From Azolla caroliniana (taxonomy: Eukaryota > Plantae > Polypodiophyta): a stretch of DNA of 64,000 nt. Shown here in pieces: positions 40,849 through 54,216 of the stretch. Position numbers and translations under genes: made by a program. The notes under the pieces were generated by a model. The model made no database searches. It was not told the origin of the DNA and saw nothing but the letters and a program-made list of their open reading frames with translations. The stretch is taken from positions 19,344,001-19,408,000 of the forward strand of contig JBHGNT010000002.1 in assembly GCA_043228905.1 (NCBI GenBank). Reading direction: 5' to 3'. Positions within the stretch are counted from its first letter, which is position 1; every line of letters starts with the position of its first letter.

Positions 40849-41595
40849 TTGGGTTGTTGAATACATGCTTAAGGTTCAAAAAAGCCCCTCACATTGACTT
40901 CCTAGAATTGCATGGGAAGCAAGCAAAAAGATCCAAAAGATGCATAAAAGCAAAATTTTGTGTTCCGGTTGGATGCAAGATTTAGAAAAATGGTTTGGTA
41001 GATGGGATGCAAGACACTTGCTTCATGATGTGTCACTAGATTCCTCTGTAAATGACGCCTTTTTGCAATGCCAATGTATCATGACATGGGACAAATGTGG
41101 TGGCTCACACTTCACACATTATACTACAAATGTTGTACCTAACTACAAAACCATATTCTTCGCGGAACGGGGAAGCCATACACATCGATACATGTTAGAG
41201 CCCATCCCGATATCTGCCATTCAAACCATTGCTTCCATGCGACTTAGCTCACACGCATTAAGATGTGAGATGGGGCGTTGGGGCACAAGTGATGAGAATG
41301 GCCGACTATGCACACTTTGCCCTAAACAAGTTCGAGAGTCTGAGTATCACACTTTGATACAATGCTCTGCCTTCGATCATATTCGACCATGCTTTCCACA
41401 TCTCTTCGATCGAGCCCAATCCTTGCACGAATTTCACTCACAACCATGATGTGCACTCTCGATTGCAACATTCATTGGTAAAGTTTTTGAACATCGAGAG
41501 TCGCTACTTACCTTCACACGTATCACGTGAAATGTAATATTTTTGGTCTCATAGGTCATATTTGACCTCCGAAGACGATAATATAATCTATCTAT
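40849..41595 (+). mobile_element. 5'-truncated non-LTR element (RTE-X-like 3' end) inserted in the (TC)n tract of the LTR
   Basis: RLSSHALRCEMGRW...RLCTLC...ESEYHTLIQC C-terminal motif. Short (ATCT)n tail merging into (TC)n. The LTR sequence resumes afterwards. Confidence 0.8.
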
Positions 41596-41692
41596 CTCTC
41601 TCTCTCTCGTGTTCTACACCCTCTTTTCCTCTTAGTACTAATCTTCATCTCTTAGTACTAATCTTCTCTCTGTCTCAGTATTATTCCTGACA

Positions 41693-42806
41693 CCATAGAG
41701 GTGTTGGCCAACATATTTTACAGATTTTCATCCTTTTCTTATGCACCTTTTCTGTTGTTCCTTTAATACTATCATACTCTCCCTTTACTGTGTGTACCAA
41801 GTTGTCCCAGAATATCTTAATCATATCTACCACATTATACTCGATACCTTCATATTTCTTAATGCAACAACACTTCCACCACACCCATAAACCATTAATC
41901 GAAATAACACTCCGAACAAAAGAAACATTATACTCTCCCTTTATTCCCTATCCTTTTTTCCTTCTTATGACTCTCAACTTGATAGCAAGGTCGCGCAATG
42001 CATGTTATAATAACAAGCCTGACAATACATACCTTTTGTACTCTAATTCATTGTCAATATGCGAGTTTGTAATTGCAATGTGCAAAATAAGGGCTTGTGA
42101 TTTGAGTCAAGTGACAATAGGGCTAATTCTAAATGTGATTGCCATGGATACATCACAATTGTTATCAGAGACACATAGTTACTATTCAAGATCTTGACAT
42201 TTATGCAATTAAGCATGTGAATAAATTCTAACTTTAGGGGTATTGTTGGCTTAGAGCTAAGCAACAAATAATTTGGATGGAAGGCATGAAACCTAAGTCT
42301 TGCCAATTTGTGGAACTCAAATGTGTATTCCTAATGCTCATTAATCAACACCCAAGGTAGAATTAGCTAGCTTAATAGGAGGGTCTCAAATGCCATCTTA
42401 CCTTGAAGAAGCCAAGACACGACCATGGTTGAGGGAATATAAAAGTGGTTGGGTTACGAAGTCTAAATCCTCTAAATGATAGCCTCCATGGTGATTGAAC
42501 ACCATGGGATTCCACTCGAGGGTTTGGCAACTTGTGGTACTCCCCACAAATGTTTGAGAACATTTGGATTAGACACTCTCTCATTTCTTTATGTACAATT
42601 GTGAGCAAAAGGATTGAAGTCTACTTTGTGTTTTGCATTGATGTGAGGATAGAACTCATAAAGCCACGTGAAGATGTAGGGGTGCCATAGGATCCATGTC
42701 GTGATGTGAGTGCATATGAGGAAATGGGTTAAGCTAAATTTATATTAAAAAGATTGAAGGGTAGGGAAGAAGTATAAAAAGAAAATCATGTCACAGATGA
42801 AATAAA
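41693..42806 (-). mobile_element. Degenerate L1 ORF2 3' region
   Basis: FWDNLVHTVKGEYDSIKG resembles IWLEIVHALKGQWDGIVG of the L1 at 2593. Confidence 0.55.
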
Positions 42807-42811
42807 AGACC

Positions 42812-45800
42812 TGTAAAGAATCAAGAGATGGATTCTTGTGAAGCGGAATAGGTGTGAACTGTGTGTGTGAGAGATAGATAGAGAGAGAGACACAGCGTAT
42901 ATGCAAGGTTAAAAGTATATTGACAAAGGAGAAAGACTCAACGTTATACAAGGTGGGAGGAAGGTGCTTTATGTAGTCACCCTCTCTCTTCATTAACAAA
43001 AAGCCTCATGGAGCATGGGGAATGTGAAAGCACATAAATTATGTGTCATAGAATATGATTCTATGACTCATACTAAATGCTAGAATACAAAGTGGTGACA
43101 TAATGGTGACTCTTGACCGTTTGAGTGTCTCTTCACTCTCAAGGTGAGTTCACACATTAGACCAAGTTGAGCTTGATTCTCAACACGCCCCCTCAAGCTC
43201 AAGTCGGGTCGGTTTCATACGGTATCCGAAATCCGCTTCAACTTGTGTTCCGGGGTCCGCGTCGACTCGCGTCGGCTCGTTTTATGAGGAGTTGCGGAAT
43301 CCGTGCTCCAACTTGTGTTGTGCGAAGTCTGTGCTTCGGCTTGCATCTTTCTTCGCGGCTTTGCGCGGTAGATCGGCTCTTCACTGCTACGTTGCGTGGT
43401 TGCGAAATCTACGCGTTATTGTGTAGTGTCTTCAGTACTCCCCCTCAAGCTTGGTAGGACAGGGATCGTAAATACGAGACCGGTCATGAATTACCATAGC
43501 TTGTCGGCTCCTAAGGCTTTAGTGAAGATGTCAGCCGTTTGAAGATTGGTGCTAATATGTTGTAGGTCGACATCGCCAGCTAGAACGCGCTCTCGGATGA
43601 AGTGATAGTGCACTTCGATGTGCTTTGTCCGCGCGCGGAACACCGGGTTCCGAGCCAGATAAATACTGCTCATGTTGTCGCAGTAAAGGGGAGTCGGATC
43701 CTTGATGGGAACGCCCAAATCCTTCAAAATCCTCTTAAGCCATACGGCTTCACATGCAGCTACGGCTGCGCCCCTATATTCTGCCTCGGTACTCGAAAGA
43801 GCGACGGTAGGCTGCTTCTTGCTACTCCCGGATATTGCTCCGCTGCCGAGGGAGAAAACAAATCCGGAGGTTGATCTTCTATCAGCTTTGTAGCCGGCCC
43901 AATCGGTGTCTGTGCACCCCTCGAGTCGTATTGGCATCGCGGTCTTGTAGAGGATGCCGCAATCCATTGTACCGCTCACGTACCGTAGGACTCGCTTAGC
44001 GCAATCCAAGTGACTATCACGCGGTGTTTGCATGAATTGGCTAAGGAGACCGACCGGATAACTGAGATCGGGCCGAGTGATAGTGAGGTAGATTAGACTC
44101 CCGATGAGTTGTCGATACTTAGTGGGCACACACGCTTTGGTGCCGGAGTTCGCATCTAGTTTGAGATTACGATCGAGCGGGGTTGCCACGGATTTGCACT
44201 CCGCCATCCCAAACTTGTATAACAAGTTGAGGATGTAGTGCCGTTGAGAGATCATGATTCCGGCCGGAGTCCGAATTACCTCGATGCCGAGGAAGTAGTG
44301 GAGCTCCTTCATGTCTGTCATCTCGAACTTGTCGGAAAGGAGGGATTTGACCTTAGTGATTTCGACGAGATGCTCACCTCCAATGACTAGGTCATCCACA
44401 TATAAGATGATGACGATCGGACTTGCGGAATCGCTTCGTATGTAGAGGGAGTTGTCCGATTTTGACATACGGAAGCCGATTTGATGAAGATATTGTGTTA
44501 TCTTCGAATGCCAAGCACACGGTGCTTGCTTGAGGCCATAAAGTGGCTTCTTGAGTCGGATACGGCTTTTGGATGAGTGCTCGAGTTAAAGCCGGGTGGT
44601 TGGATCATGTACACCTCTTCTAATTCGCCTTGTAGAAAGGCATTCTTGACATCCATTTGATGGAGGTGCCACCCTTTCGCCGCGGCAATCGCAATTACGG
44701 TCCGTACCGTCGTCATCTTTGCCACCGGGGCAAAGGTCTCTTCGTAGTCGACGCCATGCGTCTGAGCGTATCCTTTCGTTTACGGAGCCATCGGCGTTAT
44801 ACTTCACCTTGTAGATCCATCTGCATCCGATCGCCTTTTTGTGTGGTGAGGTGGGAACGAGATCCCACGTCTCGTTCTTCCATAGTGCCTGCATCTCCTC
44901 GTTCATTGCTTCGATCCATCGCGGGTCCTTCGCGGCTTCCGAAAAGGGTTCCGGCCCCCCTACTGTCGCTACCTTCATCATAAAGGCATAATGGTACGCC
45001 ATGTAATCGTTGTAGCCGAATCGGCTTACGGGGTTCTTTTCACGAGTGGATCGGCGGAACTTTTCATTTGCAGAGATGAGGGCTTTCTTGGCTCCGATTG
45101 GTACCTCGAAACCGCCGAACTCACTGACGAGTGAGTGAGTTGATTCATCATCGTCGAAGCGATTGTCTTCATATTCCGCCATTTTCGTCTTGCCTTTGTC
45201 CATCTTCGGGCTAGGCCGTGATGTGCTTTGATCGCTCAAAGGCTCTTGTGGTCCGCTCAGTCGGGTCGTGATCGGACTTTCTTCGAACATGCGCGTAAGA
45301 TGAACTTCATCCTCTATCTCTTGTTCGGTGGATTCCCGGGTCGAGTGGAGTCGGAGGCGAAGTTGTCTCTGGTGCGTACCAAGATGCGGACTCGTCAAAG
45401 ACGACATCTCGACTTACCCGAGATTTTCGAGTTGAGGGGTTGTAGCACTTGTAACCCTTTTGCTCCAGTGAGTATCCTATGAGGATACATTTCTCCGATT
45501 TCGGGTCGAGCTTTTGACGCTTCTCGTCGGGGATGTGCACGTACGCAATGGAGCCGAATATCTGAACATGTGATAGGTTCGGCTTCTTTCCGAAGAATCT
45601 TTCATGCGGAGTGACCTCGTGCACGCCGGATGTTGTGCACCGGTTCATTAGGTAGACGGCCGTATTTGCCGCTTCGGCCCAATATGACTTTTGCGCTACT
45701 TCGAGGATGTGCCGATTTTTGCGCTCGGCTACTCCGTTTTGTTGCGGAGTGTGTCGGCAAGTGAATTCTCGCCGAATTCCTTCCTTTCGGAGATACGCCG

Positions 45801-47900
45801 TGAAATCATCCGAGAAGTACTCCTTGCCGCCATCCGATCGAAGGCATCGTACATGTCGGCCCGTGGCTTTCTCGACTTCATTCTTGAACTTTTGGAAGTG
45901 TCCGAACACTTCGCTCTTTTGCCGCATCGGATAGATCCAAATGTGCCTAGAAAAGTCGTTGATGAAGAGCACGTAATATCGGCATCCGCCGAATGTCGCC
46001 GTTTGGGCCGGACCCCATACATCGGAATGAATTACGTCGAGTACGCCTTTGCTCACATTCCGCTCCTTTGGGAATGGGTGTCGGTGTTGCTTGCCGAATT
46101 GGCACGCTTGGCATACACCTTCAATCTCCTTCTCTTTGAATGTCGGGAGTCCGATAACGACTCCTTTCGATCTCATTGCTTTGAGTTTGTTGAGATTGAT
46201 GTGACCGATTCGCTTATGCCATAGCTCTATGTCGGAGTCGGCTTTCGTGCTTTTCGCGAACATGGCGGATTTCGTCCCGTGCGAATCGAGAATGAACATC
46301 CGGCCCCCTCTTCTTCTGCATGTGATGATTCAACCTTCTTTTTCGATGAAGCACCCTTCTTGGTCGAATCGTACTTGCATCCCTTGCTCAACCATTTGGC
46401 CGACCGAGACCAAATTCTTTGTGATGGTGGGAACATGCAAGACAGTTTTAATGTATGTTTGCTTACCTCTTTCGCCGAACGGAACATTGCCGATGTGCCG
46501 AATCGGGTGCGTAGTGTCATCTCCGGTTTCGACATAATCGGGTCGCTCCGGCTCTCGAAGTTCGAGAAACCATTCTTTGTGGGATGTCATATGGTGTGAG
46601 GCTCCGGAGTCAACAAACCATACGTCCTCCAGATTGAGGGCACTAGTTGAGGTAGAGGCCGACATAGAGTTTGCTCTATGTTTCATCATGAACATTCCGC
46701 CACGGTCGGAGTTGTATGCGTACATTCCGCCACGATCCTCATAGTCGGAGTTGTGCCCGTACATTCCGCTATACTCTTCGTAGTCAGAATTGTGCGCGTA
46801 ATTCGTGAGTTGTTGGCTTGTGGAAGCCGATTCACGCATCTTCTTTCGGCACTCTTCTTTGTGGTGGCCGAGCTTTCCGCAATATCCGCATTCGGTTGCG
46901 TTTTGACGGCTCGGGCTGGAGTGGAAGCTCCCCCTTCTTGCAAAGGTTCCTCTTTGGCCTCCGTTTTGCGGCCAAAATTGGGAGTTGTTGTCGTAGGTCG
47001 GACCCCGTCCGCCTTGTCCTTGGCCGAATCGGCCTCTCGCCCGTCCGCGTCCTCTTCCTCCATTAGAGTGCGTGTAGAGCATGTGGCCTTCCGACTCATT
47101 GCTCCTTGTTTGCACGTGGTTTTCTTCGACCAATAGCATTGATTGGAGCTCAAAGAAGGAGGGAGATTTCTCCCGTGCTAGAACGGCGGTTCGCATCGTG
47201 CCGAACCGTGGTGCGAGGCCGCCGAGGCATATTTGCACCATCTCATCATCATCTATACTTACGCTTATTGGGCCGAGCGAGTCTCAAAGCTCCTTGATCT
47301 TCAAGGTGTATGTCGTGATGGACATATCCCTTTGTTGAATGTTGTTCAACTCTTGGCGGAGTTGAAGCTTCCTCGTGGTCGTGTTGGCGGCGAAAATCTT
47401 TCGTAGATTTTCCCACGCTTCCTTCGGCGTCTTGGCTTCTCGAATGTAACCGAGCATGTGGTCGTGAACACATGTCGCCAAACAATACATCACGCGGCTT
47501 GCGGCTTGCTCCCATGTCGCGTATCCGGGAGCCGCTTCGGCGGGTCGGTCTTCATGCGCTCCTTTGATATAACTCCAATAGCCTTGTCCGACAAGGTATT
47601 GTGCATCTTGTACTCCCAAGATACGAAGTTGTTTCGATCCAACTTCTCGGTAGGGAGAGCGCTCCCCATTTGAGTATTCATTATGTCGATTCTTCTTCTT
47701 CTTCTTCTTCTTCTTCTTCTCTCTTTGAATGCGAGCTATGTTGCGAAGCTACGATAGCGATGAGCTGGTTCTTGGTCGTCGGCGTGGAGCACAACACACG
47801 ATCACGATGAGGCGAATGGGCTAGATCGAGCTACCAAATCGCTTTGATACCATGTAAAGAATCAAGAGATGGATTCTTGTGAAGCGGAATAGGTGTGAAC

Positions 47901-47960
<60 letters not shown>

Positions 47961-48248
47961 TATACGCAATTTTAAAAGTATATTGACAAAGGAGAAAGAC
48001 TCAACGTTATACAAGGTGGGAGGAGGGTGCTTTATGTAGTCACCCTCTCTCTTCATTAACTAAGAGCCTCATGGAGCATGGGGAATGTGAAAGCTCATAA
48101 GTTATGTGTCATAGAATATGATTCTATGACTCATACTAAATGCTAGAATACAAAGTGGTGACATAATGGTGACTCTTGACCGTTTGAGTGTCTCTTCACT
48201 CTCAAGGTGAGTTCACACACTAGACCAAGTTGAGCTTGATTCTCAACA
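42812..48248 (-). mobile_element. Full-length Ty1/Copia retrotransposon (short LTRs, tRNA-iMet PBS), frameshifted
   Basis: LTRs 47853-48248 and 42812-43185 are near-identical. TSD AGACC. PBS TGGTATCAAAGC at 47841-47852. Gag from 47681, zinc knuckle, protease WFVDSGAS, integrase (HSDVWGP), RT (YVDD), RNase H (YCDNMS). Confidence 0.97.
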
Positions 48249-51200
48249 AGACCATAAGAAGATGCACCTTAATCTACAAGAGCTTACAGTAAGCAGAAGG
48301 TGGTCGGGGGTTTGAGACTTGTTTGATCTATGAGAGGTCAAACAAATGTTAATGGGGTAAACGAGAAGAACTCAAATGGATGGATATAAATATTCACATT
48401 TTGCTCAAACCAATCACTTGAGGATAAGGAGTACATGCAAGAAGAAAAAGGCAAGGTGCATGCCGATTTTTATTTGCATGAATAGCCCTAGAGAATGTTA
48501 GTCTATTAATAATGTTGAGAATCAAACTCAACTTCTCTAAGGTGTGAATAGACTTTAAGAATATTAAAGTGTGTGAACACCCCACTACTATGTAACATAA
48601 CTAATGTGTCATAAAACTTAACTTCTATGATCATACATAGTTAGTAGGTAAGTAGTTAAGTCCCCACCTCTTTCTTGAGAGGTAGTAAGAGTGTAGGGAG
48701 AAGGTGACCATATAAGCACGTTCTCCCCTCCTTTGTAGTAGTTGGTTGTTATTTTCTTGTGAATATAGTTTACTTGTATTTTGTCTATTATGTGTTGACT
48801 ATTTCTTACACACACACACACACACACCCACCCACCCCTATATTCCGTTGCACAAAATCACACTTGATTCGCTACATGGTATTATAGCAATTTGGTAGCT
48901 TGATTTAAGCCCATTTCTGTGTGTTGTGCTTGCACCGACGTACAAAGAAGAACCTGTCGATTGCTATCGTAGGGACCCTATATAGTTTGTATCACAAAGA
49001 AGAAGAAAACCTATTCAAATCAGTCGCCCATCATGAATACCCAGATGGGCAGCTCCCTTCCTAGTGAAAAGTTGGATAGAAACAATTTTGCATCTTGGGA
49101 ATACAAGATGCACCAATACCTTGTTGGCCACGGTTATTGGAGCTACATTGAGGGAACACAAGAAACTCAAACCAACCCAACACACGCTGTCGCGTTGCTA
49201 CGCACGTGCGTGGAGAAGGGCGGGACCACGGGGGTCTTGGACTAAGGAGTAGAGGAGAAGGAGGAGAGCGGAAAGGCAACGGACCCTCTTACACACGCAC
49301 TGACACGAGAGCACATAAGAATCACAATCCAACAACACAACAAAACGAGACGACCAGAAGTCTGAGTATATAAACACGTATGTATATTAATATAAGTATA
49401 AATATCGAGACAGTTACAACTAACAGGATGGCAAGGCGAACACCGAAGCATGTTCACTCACGCAAACAGAAGAGCGAGATGGAGATTCTGCCGGAAGCAC
49501 ACGGGCGTTCCACGGGACAGAATCAGCCTCCCGAGAGCCTGCGCAAAGAAGGCTACGGAGAATGACAGAGAAGAAGAGCTTGGTCCCAGTCCGACAGCAC
49601 TTCGTTCCCTCTAGCGCGCGATCCCTTTTCTCTCCCCGTCTCCCTCTCTTTTATAGCTCAAGGAGGGAGGCCGTCTCACCCGTTTACATCACATTAACTC
49701 TCTGTCCTTTCAGGCAGAGATACTCCTCGATTTCCCTTACAGAATATTGCTACCTAGGATTTAACCTTTGTGCCTACCCATCCACCGTACAACAAGGGAC
49801 GTGCCCACGTGAAAGGGCCGGTTCACACACACTATACACGGTTTGCGCCTAGGGACGGTTCTCTTCACGACATCCGCCCCCACCTAACCGCGCATCCACT
49901 GGTATGCGCCAAAATTGGGTTCCTACGGGAGAAAACTGATCCTTGCTTTTATTCCTCGTTTACCGGTTCATCCTCCGCCTCGGGCTGCTTGTCGTCGTTG
50001 TTCATGTCCCCTTGCTCCGGCTCCCCGTCGTGCCGTTTCTTGAACGCTTTGATCCTTTTCCCCGCTACTGGTATCGCCATTCTCGTACCGTCGAGTTCTG
50101 CGAGATGGTACATCCCATTGCCGTTGGCACTTGTTACTACTTAAAGCCCGAACCACCTCCTCGCAAACTTCTGCGTGGCCCTGTGCTGATTGTTGAGGCT
50201 GCTGTCGTAGACTAGCACCTAGTCGCCTTCCTCGATCTTCCTTGGCCGGAGCCGGTGTGTTTGGTCGAACCGGGCTTTGCTCCTTGTCCTCGCTACCCGA
50301 AGTTTCTCCGCGGCCCGCTCTACGTCCTCCGGCCTCCGCTCGAGCTGTCGAATCCGCGCCGCCAACAGTTCCTCCCGGCTCATCTCATCCCTCCAGTCCA
50401 CCGTGGCCCACGAGGAGATCGTTCGCTCTGTTGGCATGATCGGCTTCTGTCCGAACATCAGCTCGGTCGGCATGAACCCGGTTACCGAACTGTGCGTAGT
50501 CCGGTCCGCCCACAAGGCATAAGGTAGCAGCCGTGGCTAGTCCCCGACTCGGCCTCCGCATGCCCGTACTAGCGCTTTGACAATTGGCCCGTGTCTGCGC
50601 TCCACCTTCCCGTTCGCCTCTGGATTGTATGCTGTGGTGAGCGAAAGTTTGACTCCTAGCCGGCCGAACAGCTCTTCGGCCTCTTCTGCATCCAACTCTC
50701 CACAGTCAGCCACGATCTTCCCTACGCACCCGTATTGGCATACTACGTCCTCAATCAAAAACCGGCACACGGCTGCCGTCGTCTTGTTCTGCAGGGCTCG
50801 GCCTTCAACCTGGTTCGTTAGATCCTCCCGAGCCAGCACTAGATACCGCATCTGTCCTACCCCCATTGGCATCGTCACCAAATCCACCATCCACTTGAAG
50901 TGGACGGTCGGAGGGTAGGTCGGGTGAAGCTCGTCCCGATGTCGGATCATGGAGTGCACCTGACAGCTTTCGCAAGTCGTCACGAACCGATGCACGTCCC
51001 GGTATAGTCCCGGCCACCAGTACTTCCCCTTTAGCTTTTCGAATGTGGCCCACGTTCCACGGTGTCCAGCCCACGGGCTATCGTGGTACGCCGCCAGCAA
51101 ATCCTCCTGTTCCTCCTTCTTCGCCACCACTCGGAGCGGGATGCCGTTCCTCTTCTTCGGGTGCTTCCAGATGTATCCGTCCCGAAGAAAGAATCGGTAG

Positions 51201-52184
51201 GCTTTCTTCCGAATCCGGTTGGCCTCGTCCGTTGTCCATGCCGCGTCCGGTGTCATTGTTTTCAGGAACCCGTCGATCTGCAGCCACTCCCCATCGTACT
51301 TGCTCTCGTCGAAGTCGTTAAGCGTTGGAGAGCATTCCCCGTTGGTTGTCACGTAAGCCGCCTCGAAGAAGTCCACGCCGACTTCCTCGTCCTCTGAAAC
51401 CATGCCGCCGTCGTTTTCGAACCTCGCCCTTGAAAGCATGTCGGCCATGGCGTTGTCTTTCCCGGAGATGTGTCGTATTTCCGAATTCAGGGACTTGATG
51501 TACGCTATCCACCTGAGCATTGCCAGGTCCGGCGTCACGCATCCGGAAACCATGCCAAGAATTGGCAGGCAGTCCGTCTCGATAATTACCTCTGCCCTGA
51601 TCAGGTAGTCTTTATCGGCCTTTACCGCCGAAACGATACCCTAGAGCTCGCGTTTAACCTGGGCGTATCCTCGCTGAGGACCTTCGCGCCGAACCGGATC
51701 GGGAAACGCATGCCGTCCTCGTCCTCCTGGTTGACGACCCATCCGATCCCGGTCGGACTGGTGTCTACCGTTACGTAAACTGGAGTGCTCTATCCGTAGA
51801 CAGCCTTTCGGAGCGCCGGAGCTGCGGCAAGTGCTCCCTTCATCTTCCGGACAGACTTCGTATGCTCGTCTCTCCACTCGAATTTTCGCCCCTTTTTCAG
51901 CAACCCGTATAACGACTCCGCGACGTGAGCGTAATGCGGGATCCATATATGGTAGAACGCGCACGCTCCCAAGAACCTCCGAACCTCCGTGACCGAGCTA
52001 CAGTCGTTCTTCATCGTGGAGATGGCTTCTACCTTAGCCTGAGACGGTTTCCGGCCGTACGGCCCGCATAGGTGTCCGACGACCATGATCTCTGATTGCC
52101 CGAAGGCCGATTTTCCCCCGGAGAAGGTGAGCCTCGGGCCCTCCAACCTCTGCAGCACCTTCTCGCAGTCATCGATGTGCGTCG

Positions 52185-52962
52185 TGACGGGAACTCAACG
52201 CTCCTTATGCACAAAGCTCGGCCACAACCGAGATTCTTTTCATACACAGAAAATAGGAAACGAAAACACGACACAAAGGAGAGGAAGATACACAGGAGGT
52301 TTACGTGGAAAACCCCAAAGAGGGAAAAACCACGGCAGCCCACAGGCTGCAAACTGTCACTATGTGAGAATGTACAACAGTGAGTTCACTGAGGCAACGA
52401 CCTCGTGCTCACAAATCTTCGCCACAGGCGGCGGTTACAACAGAGGCAATGACCTCTTTCTCTCTCTCTCTCTCTCTCTGTACACTATTACGTGCTCTCT
52501 CTTCTTCTTGCACCAACAAGGAAAAATGACAACAACAGTTACTAAAAGTTTGCCCTAAGTCATATTTATACTAATATGACTTTTCGGCTATTTACAAATG
52601 TAGCCTCGATGGGCTCTCAGAAACATATTTACGAATATGTCTCTTCATCTGGTTCTCACCGGGTCTGTACCATCCGGCTCTCCGTAGCCGGGTATTCCTC
52701 ATCCGGTCTTCACCGGGCCTGTATCATCCGGCTCTCCGTAGCCGGGTACTCCTCATACGGTTTCGGCCTCAGCCGATACTGTACCATCCGGCTCTCCATA
52801 GCCGGGTATTCCTCATCCGGTCTTCACCGGGCCTGTATCATCCGGCTCTCCGTAGCCGGGTACTCCTCATACGGTTTCGGCCTCGGCCTATCGGCCCCGG
52901 CCGAGTTTGTTCATCGGCACTGTTCTTCTCCCTTCCCATCCGGAGGGACTTGTCTCCCAACA
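52185..52962 (-). mobile_element. Copia-type solo LTR with minisatellite
   Basis: TGTTGGGAGAC...GTTCCCGTCA on the minus strand. TSD CGTCG at 52180-52184 and 52963-52967. Confidence 0.92.
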
Positions 52963-54149
52963 CGTCGCCATGAATTTCCGGCATCCGTCCGGTCCGATGG
53001 TCTCGTCCCTTTCCTCCACCGGGCATCCTTTGATCGGGACGTCGTCCAAAAACGGCATGGTGATGACCGGGATACAATCCCTCAGCACCTTGTTCATTGC
53101 GTTCACCATGTGAGCCACCGAGTTCGTCCCTCCTTGCGGTAGGGTACACATTCGTACTAGGCCGAGAGGAGTTCGCATTGTCGTGATGTCTCTGCTCTCT
53201 ACGGCAAGCTGGAACTGATCGTACCCTGAGTAGAGATCACCGACCGAGTAAATCGACCTTCCGGCGAAGGCCTCCGCGAACTCTTCTATTGTCGGTCCGA
53301 TTCCTGCGTTTCGAATGGTCACCTTGTTGACCGGCTGCAAGTCTTGGATAAAGCGCAGCGTGCCGTCCTTCTTCGACACGGTAAACCACCGATTCGAGTA
53401 TGGGGCACTCGACGGTTCGAGGATTCCCATCTCGATCTTCTGCTTTAACAGCTCCATCAGCTTCGGGATGTGAGCTCTGGGTACTGGAATCGGTTTGAGA
53501 CTCCACGGCACATGTGGTACCGTGAATATCACCATCGGTTCCACGACTGTCGGGTCTACGCACCCGATCTCCTCCGGTGAGAATGCGAAAGCCTTCCCGT
53601 GCCTTCCGAGCATTCTCCGAAACCGGTCCTCCTCCGCCGGCAGTAGGAAGCCGCCCCAACCGACCTTGAGCTCCCGTAGCGTTATATCGGTGAACGTGTG
53701 TCCTATTCGGGCCGGATTTCGTAAACTCGGGTCTGATGCAACCCCCTTTATTCGCAACTTGCTGCCCTCCGGCAAGGGAGCCGCGACTGGCCTCACCTTC
53801 CGGTCCACAGTCCTGTACCTCGTGTCCAGCCGGGCCGTCCGATCCGACTCGAGCCCTCTACTGAAGTCCGTGATGACTTCGTACATCTTTTCCGAACATA
53901 CCGGAATCGTCCGGTCCTTTTTAAGGACTCCTCCGACTACCTCCCGCAGCTCCCGCAAGGTATCATCGAAAGAGACTGCCTCCACGGCTCCGTTGATTTC
54001 CTCTCCAAGGCCGAGGATACCACATGCCCGAAGTCGCTCCTCTGCCCTCTTCTTCTTCCGTCCAACAACGTCGACTATCGTACACCCTCCATTGTCGGAG
54101 AACCAAAATTTCCTACTTATAGTACAGGCTTTCTCCGCTATCGTACATT

Positions 54150-54216
54150 TGTGGGGTTTTCCCGGGGTGTCCGGACTATCGCAGCCACACGCCTTGATAG
54201 CCCTCTCTAAAAATCC
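54150..54216 (-). promoter_or_regulatory. Putative -1 programmed ribosomal frameshift signal (G_GAU_UUU plus pseudoknot)
   Basis: GGATTTT then TAG ends gag-PR. The RT ORF is in the -1 frame and open from the slip site. Stem GGGCUAUC/GAUAGUCC starts 6 nt downstream, and loop UGUGG can pair with CCACA. Confidence 0.75.

Larger units (their letters stand above)
33671..41692 (+). mobile_element. Ty3/Gypsy chromovirus (Tcn1-like), decayed, with three nested insertions
   Basis: Partial 5' LTR 33671-33868. Gag from 33964, protease (ALLHSGA), RT (KIDLRGAY, YLDD), RNase H ([17 protein letters not shown]), integrase (HPQTDGQ), chromodomain (YEVAAILDSK...YYLVDWLGY...WEP). PPT AAGGGGGGATAA, then 3' LTR 40524-41692. 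Confidence 0.92.
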
